Shown here: positions 55,959-62,832 of the stretch, one piece after another | Numbering within the stretch: the stretch's first letter is position 1 | Layout of the letters: every line of letters starts with the position of its first letter | NCBI GenBank assembly: GCA_002742935.1 | Contig: PDON01000066.1 | Location: forward strand, 6,185 to 70,184 | Direction of reading: 5' to 3' | Length of the DNA stretch: 64,000 nucleotides | DNA from: Candidatus Cloacimonadota bacterium | GTDB taxonomy: Bacteria > UBA4055 | Position numbers and translations under genes: made by a program | Notes under the pieces: generated by a model | Told to the model about the DNA's origin: nothing | What the model saw: only the letters and a program-made list of their open reading frames with translations | Database searches by the model: none

Positions 55959-57290
55959 TTATTTTATAAGTAACATTTTATTAGTAACAATACCTTTGGA
56001 AGTTTTAAGAGTATAGTAATAAGCTCCTGAGTTAAGGTGTGAAGCGTCAAATTCTACTTTGTGAAGACCTTCTTTTTGAAACTCATTAACAAGTTTTTCT
56101 ACTAATTGACCCTTTGAGTTGTAGATAGATAAAGATATATTACCACTTTCAGGTATTAGATAGTTAATAGTGGTTGTAGGATTAAAAGGGTTTGGGTAGT
56201 TTTCCATTAAAACAGATGTAGAAGGAAGAGTAGTTTCCTCTGTAATATCTACAACATCCTCCGGAACAAGAGATGGATATCCATTATTAATATTTTCATC
56301 GAAATACCATATGTTTTCAAAATCCCAACCAACATAAGTAGCTTCCTCTTTCATCTCGGCAGTAGTCTTACCTTCCCCCGCTCCTGATTCAGTTTGTCCT
56401 GAAGTTTCAACATCCCAATAACAAGAAGTGAAATTTCCATAAGTAGTAATTCCAACAAAACCACCAACGGCACCAACACCATTAACATTTCCTACAGAAT
56501 AGTTGTTTTCAAAAGTACCACTTTCAATATTTCCGGCAAAACCTCCAACAAAGTTATAACCAATAACATTTCCGGTAGCATAAGAGTTAGTAACCAAAGC
56601 TTCCGGTCCACCACTGAAACCAACAAAACCACCTACTGTATTATGCTCATTTTCGAGAGTAACATTTCCGGTAGCACAAGATTTTGATATTTCACAATCT
56701 TGTAGCCAACCAACAAAACCACCAATACCAAGAGATCCATAAACAGAAGCTGAAGTAGAGCAGTTTTCGACTAAACCATTCTCACAATCACCAATGAATC
56801 CGGAAACATACACAGCTCCTGTAACTATACCACTGGCAGAACAATTTAACACCTCTCCATCTTGAAGCCATCCGGCTAAACTACCAACAGCATCTCTACC
56901 AATAATATTAACATTCTCTAATGTTAGGTTGGAAATCTTTCCCCCATCAATATAGCCAAACAAACCAACCTTATCTCCGTTTACCATATCTATTTTAAGA
57001 TTAGAGATTTTTTTATGGTTTCCCATGTAAGATCCTGAAAAAGCAGTTCCTCCGTTATTAGGAACTGTTCCAATAGGAGTAATCCCTGCTGTTTGAGATT
57101 CAATGTCAATATCCTCTATCTGAATAAAATATTTATTCCAATCATTTTTAGTTGACATCAACTCTTTCAAATCAGAAACATTAGCAATCTGATAAGGATC
57201 AGATTCCAAACCCGCTCCACCACTATAAGCATTCAAACTAACTACTGTCAGAAGAACCATTAAACTGTTTAGTAACTTAAACATAATCAC
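55959..57290 (-). CDS. GLUG-repeat surface protein with T9SS C-terminal sorting domain
   Basis: Signal peptide; repeated VGGFVG/GGFAG (GLUG-like) units. C-terminal NYPNPFNPTTTINYLIPESGNISLSIYNSKGQLV...YYYTLKT is typical of type A T9SS sorting domains. Confidence 0.8.
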   Translation of the reverse strand: MIMFKLLNSLMVLLTVVSLNAYSGGAGLESDPYQIANVSDLKELMSTKNDWNKYFIQIEDIDIESQTAGITPIGTVPNNGGTAFSGSYMGNHKKISNLKIDMVNGDKVGLFGYIDGGKISNLTLENVNIIGRDAVGSLAGWLQDGEVLNCSASGIVTGAVYVSGFIGDCENGLVENCSTSASVYGSLGIGGFVGWLQDCEISKSCATGNVTLENEHNTVGGFVGFSGGPEALVTNSYATGNVIGYNFVGGFAGNIESGTFENNYSVGNVNGVGAVGGFVGITTYGNFTSCYWDVETSGQTESGAGEGKTTAEMKEEATYVGWDFENIWYFDENINNGYPSLVPEDVVDITEETTLPSTSVLMENYPNPFNPTTTINYLIPESGNISLSIYNSKGQLVEKLVNEFQKEGLHKVEFDASHLNSGAYYYTLKTSKGIVTNKMLLIK

Positions 57291-57540
57291 TACCCTTTAT
57301 TTTTGTTTAAAATTAAATACTAATTAACACCAACAAAACTTCCGAATTAAACATTGAGAACAATACAAATATGATATTGTGTCTCATTACTCCCAACGAT
57401 ACAAATACTGAAAATAAAGTCAAGAAGATATTTTACTCATTTTACATTAAAATTTTAAGATATTTCATCTTAAATCAATGGTTTATAAATCAACCTAAGT
57501 CCCGGATAAAAACAATAAGCTATCTTATACAGTAACTATG

Positions 57541-57715
57541 GATTGTAGGAGGTGGAAGACGGGAGACCTAAGACGGAAGGTGTATCATTCGAGTAGCCTC
57601 AGGGTAGGGAGTGCCGATAATAGTAAAATTATTCATATCAGTTAACTCTGTCGAAACAGAAAGAATCTTCCCGCCAAAGAAGGAGCTAAAGGAAACCTCC
57701 ACCATCAATAATGGT
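57541..57715. other. GC-rich, purine-skewed non-coding island of unknown nature
   Basis: Runs GGAGGTGGAAGACGGGAGACC, GACGGAAGGTG and CAGGGTAGGGAGTGCCG sit inside a 655-nt AT-rich gap. Possible closing helix 57551-57559 with 57666-57675, and GGAGGT (57548-57553) with ACCTCC (57695-57700). Confidence 0.3.
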
Positions 57716-57945
57716 AAGCAACTCAGGTTAAACTAAAAATCTTTATCAAGTTATTCAGCAATCTATCTAGACACTTTTGAAGCTATTTTGCCATAAATTA
57801 GAAGCTTTCTATTTTTAAGCAGACCATAATTTATTAGGAAAACTCATACAGTTGGAAAATAATACTTTTTATTACTCATTAATTCACTATATTTATCTCT
57901 ATAAATAAAGTTAAAAAACAAAATTTTAATAAAAAGTAGAGATTC

Positions 57946-59562
57946 ATGAAAACATTAGAAAAATTTGAAAGTTTGGGTATCAGTAGAGAAACAGTTAAAA
58001 ACTTGATAAAAAAAGGGTTTGAAGAACCAACCTCAATTCAAGAGGAAATTATACCTTTAATCCTAAACGAAAGAAGAGACCTTGTTGGTCAAGCTCAAAC
58101 AGGAACAGGTAAAACAGCCGCTTTTGGAATTCCGATTGTTGAAACAATTAAAGAAAAGGCTAAAAGAACACAGGCTTTAATTCTGGCTCCTACAAGAGAA
58201 CTTGCTGTGCAGGTTTCTGAAGAGATAAGCTCATTCAAAGGTTCAAAAAAAATAAGTATTGCTCCAATATACGGAGGGCAATCCATAGAACAACAGCTTA
58301 AAAAATTGAAGAGAGGTATTGATGTAATTGTAGGAACACCCGGTAGAATTTTAGATCATATATCAAGAAAAAGTATTGATCTTTCAAAGATAGAGTTTTT
58401 GATACTTGATGAAGCAGATGAGATGTTAAATATGGGATTCCTTGATGATGTGGATGAGATTATTAGAAATAGTAATCCTGAAAGAACAACTCTTCTATTT
58501 TCAGCAACAATGCCAACTGAAATTAGAGCAATTGCCGAAAAGTATATGAAAAACTATGAGCTTATCAAAGCTACAAAACAGGAGATCAATCTTGATCTCA
58601 CAGAACAGATCTATTTTGAGGTTGCTCACAGAGATAAATTTGAAGCATTAACAAGAATCATTGATATTGAGGATGAATTTTACGGAATGGTATTTTGTAG
58701 AACAAAGGTTGATGTTGGCGAAATTTCCAATAGGTTAATTGATAGAGGATACTTTGCTGAAGGTTTACATGGAGATATTTCTCAATCTCAGAGAGAATCT
58801 ATACTAAGTAAGATGAAGCGTAAAAAGATAAATATCTTAGTTGCTACAGATGTTGCCGCAAGAGGTATTGATATACAAAACCTTACACATGTAATAAACT
58901 ATACCATACCTCAAGATCCCTCATCTTATGTACATAGAATAGGTAGAACCGGAAGGGCAGGAAAAGAGGGAACTGCAATAACTTTTATAACTCCGGAAGA
59001 GTATAGAAAACTAATCTATATCCAAAGGGTTGCTAAAACAGATATTAGAAAAAAGAAAGTACCAAAAGTAGATCAGATTATTGAATCTAAGAAAAATAAA
59101 ATAAAGAGCGATATAGTTGAAAATCTTAACCGTGAGATAAATAAAGATTACCTCTCTATTGCTAAAGAGATTTTGTCGGAAGTTGAAAATCCTGAAAATG
59201 TTGTTGCTTCAATACTTCAAATGTTTCACAGAAATGAACTTGATCCTACAAACTACAATGAGATTAGAGATACATTTCCTCAGATTAAGGGTAAAACAAG
59301 ACTTTTTGTTGCAAAGGGTAAGAAAGATAATATGTCCAAAAGAGATCTTGTTGAGTTTATCAAAAAGAAAACAGATATTGAAGATAGAAAAATTGAAGAT
59401 GTTAGAGTTTACGAATCATTCTCCTTTATCACTGTACCTTTCATGGAAGCAGAGCTTATTATTTCTATATTTAAAAAGGGTAACAGAGGCAGAAGGCCTA
59501 TGGTTGAAAAAGCCAAAGAAAGTAAAGGTGGAAAAACTAAAAGAAGGGTATCAAAATCCTAA
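57946..59562 (+). CDS. DEAD-box ATP-dependent RNA helicase with DbpA/DeaD-type C-terminal RNA-binding domain
   Basis: Q motif, AQTGTGKT, PTRELA, DEAD, SAT, HRIGRTGRAG. C-terminal RRM-like domain and a Lys/Arg tail. Confidence 0.92.
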   Translation: MKTLEKFESLGISRETVKNLIKKGFEEPTSIQEEIIPLILNERRDLVGQAQTGTGKTAAFGIPIVETIKEKAKRTQALILAPTRELAVQVSEEISSFKGSKKISIAPIYGGQSIEQQLKKLKRGIDVIVGTPGRILDHISRKSIDLSKIEFLILDEADEMLNMGFLDDVDEIIRNSNPERTTLLFSATMPTEIRAIAEKYMKNYELIKATKQEINLDLTEQIYFEVAHRDKFEALTRIIDIEDEFYGMVFCRTKVDVGEISNRLIDRGYFAEGLHGDISQSQRESILSKMKRKKINILVATDVAARGIDIQNLTHVINYTIPQDPSSYVHRIGRTGRAGKEGTAITFITPEEYRKLIYIQRVAKTDIRKKKVPKVDQIIESKKNKIKSDIVENLNREINKDYLSIAKEILSEVENPENVVASILQMFHRNELDPTNYNEIRDTFPQIKGKTRLFVAKGKKDNMSKRDLVEFIKKKTDIEDRKIEDVRVYESFSFITVPFMEAELIISIFKKGNRGRRPMVEKAKESKGGKTKRRVSKS

Positions 59563-59603
59563 CAGAACTGCTTTGAACATAAATTTTATAAAAGTTACTA
59601 TTA

Positions 59604-59634
59604 AAAAAAGCCCTGTTTTACACAGGGCTTTTTG
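59604..59634. terminator. rho-independent terminator (bidirectional shape)
   Basis: AAGCCCTGT pairs with ACAGGGCTT, 5-nt loop. As before and Ts after. Confidence 0.8.
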
Positions 59635-59640
59635 AAGTTA

Positions 59641-59753
59641 CCTTAAAAGATCAGACCGGCTATAAACGAGCAGTACAAAGTACTAAACTTTTATGCAATC
59701 CATCGCAGAAAAAATCGATGAAGAAGTAATGCGAAATTGGTAGAACAGTCTGA
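59641..59753. repeat. intergenic repeat family, copy B (lacks hairpin module)
   Basis: See copy A. Begins 7 nt after the helicase terminator and ends 20 nt before the stop of the minus-strand ferritin-like gene. Confidence 0.75.
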
Positions 59754-59772
59754 ATTATATTTTAAAAAATTT

Positions 59773-60276
59773 CTAGAAAGCCCAGAAACTATTATCATTC
59801 CAAACCTTGTTCTTTAGTTCCTCACTAATATCTTCAAGATCTTTTAAGTGATCACCTTCCCAATTTGCAAGATAGGTATAGAACTCCTTCTCTTTCTCAT
59901 CTTCACATTCAGCAGCTCTTTTTGAGTATAGCTCTATAGCCTTCTTCTCAAAATTTATAGCAGCGTCTATTGCAGCAGATTCAAAGCTTGCAGCTTCAAT
60001 TTTACCAATCATATCTTCATCAAGAACATGATCTGCAATCTCTGTTGTTTTAGCTCTTTCCAAAACAGATGAATCAAACTCACCGGTTTTACTTAAACTG
60101 TTGTAGAGATCAGTCAAAAATTTTAAGTGGACAACCTCTTCCTCTGCCATTTCATTAAAGAACTCTTTAACCTTTGGATCTTTTACTTGACATGCAATTG
60201 TTCTAAAAAACTCCATGCCTCTCTTCTCTAATAGAATCCCCTGTTTAAGGGTTATTAAAGTCTTACTCTCTTCCAT
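59773..60276 (-). CDS. ferritin-like / rubrerythrin-type diiron four-helix-bundle protein
   Basis: Two E...ExxH pairs (EKRGMEFF...EEEVVHL and FEKKAIELY...WEGDHL); 167 aa. Confidence 0.7.
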   Translation of the reverse strand: MEESKTLITLKQGILLEKRGMEFFRTIACQVKDPKVKEFFNEMAEEEVVHLKFLTDLYNSLSKTGEFDSSVLERAKTTEIADHVLDEDMIGKIEAASFESAAIDAAINFEKKAIELYSKRAAECEDEKEKEFYTYLANWEGDHLKDLEDISEELKNKVWNDNSFWAF

Positions 60277-60325
60277 CTTCTCTCCAATAAGTTTAATTTG
60301 TAAAATATAGCTTACAGCTATCTAT

Positions 60326-60334
60326 ATTATATCA
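60326..60334 (-). promoter_or_regulatory. extended -10 promoter element (TGATATAAT on the minus strand)
   Basis: Minus strand reads TGATATAAT about 50 nt upstream of ATG 60276. No good -35 element. Confidence 0.4.
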
Positions 60335-60548
60335 ATAAATTTGGACTCTTACCCACACTCAAATATAATAAAAACTATCAATCAAAGCAAATCTTATTCA
60401 GAAGCAAAAAATCTCGTAAAAACGGCGAAATAAATACCTTTGAGTAAAAAATGAGTATCAAATAATTGTAAATTACAGTTTTTTTCTATATTTTATATTT
60501 TTAGAAAACAGAGAGGGGAAAATCATAAAGTTTCTATTTCTTATACTA

Positions 60549-61220
60549 TTGTTAGTTTCTACTGCAATATACCCAAAATCATTAAAATCACTGGGTAAAA
60601 AAGTTGTTATTGTTGATAATAATAAAATTATAAGCAACGAAAAGAACCTTATTGAAAAAATTGTAGATTTTGGATCTGATATTGTTGATTTTGTTGAAAC
60701 TAGAAGGTCTATTTACTTTTTGGATAACTACAACAGAAAAATCATAAAAACCGATAAAAATCTTAACACTATTGCAACTATAAAAATCCCTAAAAAATTG
60801 ACTTTTACTAAAGATTTTTACGGAAACGAGAAAACCTTATATTTTATGGAAAAAGAAAACAACACAATTTTTACACTTAAAAACGGAAAATTTTCAGAAC
60901 TATTAAAACTCAATAGCTTTGATAAAATTATAAATTGGGAAGTTTTGGAAAAAAGAGTATATGTTTACACTAAAGATAAGATCACTCTTTTTGATACAAA
61001 TGGAATATTTATAAAAAAAATAGATAGTGAAAATAGAGTTATCAAACTTAGAGAGTTGGATGATTTTAAGATAAAACAGGATATAGATGGAGTATCTGTT
61101 TGGGAAGGTGGGATTAAAATAAGAGAGTTTAAAGATTGTTTGGATTATGAAATTTTGGACAAAAAATTATATATTCTTTTAAAAAATGGAGATATTATTG
61201 GAGAAAAACTATATAGATAA
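60549..61220 (+). CDS. hypothetical secreted protein (true start probably upstream at a non-AUG codon)
   Basis: The frame is open upstream: ...IIKFLFLILLLVSTAIYP reads as a signal peptide, and GAGAGGGG (60511-60518) lies 3-6 nt before ATC/ATA (60522/60525). Confidence 0.5.
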   Translation: MLVSTAIYPKSLKSLGKKVVIVDNNKIISNEKNLIEKIVDFGSDIVDFVETRRSIYFLDNYNRKIIKTDKNLNTIATIKIPKKLTFTKDFYGNEKTLYFMEKENNTIFTLKNGKFSELLKLNSFDKIINWEVLEKRVYVYTKDKITLFDTNGIFIKKIDSENRVIKLRELDDFKIKQDIDGVSVWEGGIKIREFKDCLDYEILDKKLYILLKNGDIIGEKLYR

Positions 61221-62142
61221 AGGCTTAGTTTTGTACGGAAACGGCGTAGAGTACAAAGTAAAGGTTGGAGAGGTTGAAATTGATGCCAAGTTAAGAGGTA
61301 AGCTTCTTCACATAACTAAGAGATCACATCATCCTGTTTGTGCCGGTGATTATGTTAGGCTCTTAAAGCAGAAGGAAGGTTCATACTTTATTGATAAAAT
61401 CTTACCCCGAAGAAACAAGATCTCCAGACCGGCAAACCTACACATAAGAAAAGAACAGGTATTAAGTGCAAATATAGATCTTCTTTTTATAGTAAGTTCT
61501 GTCTCTTCACCATCTTTGAACCCTGCATTCATTGATAGACTTTTGGTCTTTAGTGAAAATCAAGATATTGATACATACCTAATCATAAACAAATGTGATC
61601 TGGATATAAGTAATGAGGAGGAAAACTTTATTTCCGAATATAAGAGAATTGGAGTAAAGGTTATAAAAACCTCTGCTGTAGATGATACAAATATTGAGAA
61701 ATTAAGAGATCTCTGTAATGGTAAAATAACATCATTTATTGGTAAATCAGGAGTGGGTAAATCATCTATCTTGAACAGAATTGACGGTAGTTTTCTTCAA
61801 AAGGTAGGAGATATTTCAGACTACTCCTCTAAGGGTAAGCATACCACAAAACAGGCAAGACTATTTCCCCTAAAATTTGGAGGTTATATTATTGACACTC
61901 CGGGAATAAAGGAGTTTGGACTTTGGCAGATGAAACCTGAAGAGTTAAAAAGATATTTTCCTGAAATACACAACTTGAGTGATAGATGTAAGTATAGTAA
62001 TTGTAACCATATCAATGAGCCTAATTGTGCTGTTCAAGACGCTTACAAAGAGGGGATTATACCTGATTTTAGGTATGACAACTATTTAAAAATTTATGAA
62101 AGTTTAAAGGAATGGAATACAATTTACTTTAAAAAAGATTAA
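61186..62142 (+). CDS. rsgA: ribosome small-subunit-dependent GTPase A
   Basis: Circularly permuted GTPase: NKCDL (G4) precedes GKSGVGKSSILN (G1). C-terminal zinc knuckle CKYSNCNHINEPNCAV. Confidence 0.9.
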   Translation: MEILLEKNYIDKGLVLYGNGVEYKVKVGEVEIDAKLRGKLLHITKRSHHPVCAGDYVRLLKQKEGSYFIDKILPRRNKISRPANLHIRKEQVLSANIDLLFIVSSVSSPSLNPAFIDRLLVFSENQDIDTYLIINKCDLDISNEEENFISEYKRIGVKVIKTSAVDDTNIEKLRDLCNGKITSFIGKSGVGKSSILNRIDGSFLQKVGDISDYSSKGKHTTKQARLFPLKFGGYIIDTPGIKEFGLWQMKPEELKRYFPEIHNLSDRCKYSNCNHINEPNCAVQDAYKEGIIPDFRYDNYLKIYESLKEWNTIYFKKD

Positions 62143-62179
62143 TACTTAGTAACTATAAGACAAAATTAGACAATAAATC

Positions 62180-62208
62180 TTGATTTTTTTCTAATTTTAC
62201 CATATATT
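62180..62208 (+). promoter_or_regulatory. sigma-70 promoter for rpmB
   Basis: TTGATT (62180-62185), 17 nt spacer, TATATT (62203-62208). Confidence 0.5.
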
Positions 62209-62261
62209 TGCAGATCTCTATGGAGGAGAAAAATTTGAAATAAATTGTACGAGGTATCAGA

Positions 62262-62495
62262 ATGTCTAAAATATGCGACATATGTGGAAAAGCCCCTTTA
62301 TTTGGTGGATCTGTATCAAGAAAAGGTATGGCTAAGAAAAAAGGTGGTGTAGGTATCAATATTACTGGTACATCTAAAAGAGTTTTCATGCCAAACATTC
62401 AATCTGTAAGAATAAAGGTTGATGGTGGTTCTTTGAAGATTAAAGCATGTACAAGATGTATTAAAGCCGGAAAAACTATTGTAGTTAACAACTAG
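62262..62495 (+). CDS. rpmB: 50S ribosomal protein L28
   Basis: MSKICDICGKAPLFGGSVS...; 77 aa, basic. Confidence 0.92.
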   Translation: MSKICDICGKAPLFGGSVSRKGMAKKKGGVGINITGTSKRVFMPNIQSVRIKVDGGSLKIKACTRCIKAGKTIVVNN

Positions 62496-62526
62496 TAATT
62501 TTATAATTATTTAGTTTTATAGTTTT

Positions 62527-62552
62527 AGGTTCGATTTTTTCGAACCTTTTTT
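62527..62552 (+). terminator. rho-independent terminator
   Basis: AGGTTCGA ttttt TCGAACCT followed by TTTTT. Confidence 0.8.
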
Positions 62553-62710
62553 ATTTTGTATAATCTGTATAAATTTAAAACAACCTGAATTCGACATAAC
62601 TATTTATCCAGCATTTAGCTTAATAAATATAATATTACATACAATTGTATTGATCAGCTTGGGAAAGGTTTTAAGATTTTTTTAAAATCTATAAACTTTT
62701 TTGGGCACTT

Positions 62711-62832
62711 CTTTTGTAGTCAAAAGAAGCAAATAGTACAAGAAACTGTTTTTTATATGATCCATAGCCTAGAATTACTAGGTAACTTGAATATAAAAGT
62801 GATGATGCAGTAATGCAAAGTTTATTGACAGT
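62711..62832. repeat. intergenic repeat family, copy C (with hairpin module; overlaps a gene's stop codon)
   Basis: Shares TAGTACAAGAAACTGTTTTTTAT, GCCTAGAATTACTAGGT and GATGATGCAGTAATGCAAAGTT with copy A. Its right end covers the last codons and stop (62822-62824) of the minus-strand gene. Confidence 0.6.

Noticed and set aside
57591-57625. RNase P RNA or SRP RNA, from loose resemblance of CAGGGTAGGGAGTGCCGATAA to the AGGGCAGGGUGCCAGGUAA region, and of GACGGAAGG to the SRP GGAA loop
   Set aside because: The universally conserved GAGGAAAGUCC (RNase P) is absent, as is the AGCA/GGAA helix-8 arrangement (SRP). The flanks cannot form the P4 helix or the domain IV helix.
57548-57704. tmRNA or tRNA-like gene, suggested by ...ACCTCCACCA (57695-57704) and a complementary GGAGGT at 57548-57553
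   Set aside because: There is no T-arm (GTTCRAATC) before the putative acceptor strand, and no G3-U70 pair. The segment is about 160 nt (tmRNA is about 350 nt), and no tag-peptide reading frame ending in a typical ..ALAA-stop is visible.
57568-57705. 45-codon minus-strand ORF (MVEVSFSSFFGGKILSV...) and 35-codon plus-strand ORF (ATG 57538) inside the GC-rich island
   Set aside because: Neither has a Shine-Dalgarno sequence. The plus-strand frame is full of AGG/CGG Arg codons, atypical for this AT-rich genome. I recognise no homology. Kept only as a caveat to the ncRNA idea.
59159-59635. 158-aa plus-strand ORF overlapping the 3' part of the helicase gene
   Set aside because: It is an alternative frame of the Lys/Arg-rich helicase C-terminus. 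It runs through the helicase terminator hairpin, and its translation is low-complexity.
62153-62398. 81-aa minus-strand ORF antisense to rpmB
   Set aside because: It is antisense to a highly conserved ribosomal protein gene and covers its promoter. There is no RBS, and I judge it spurious.
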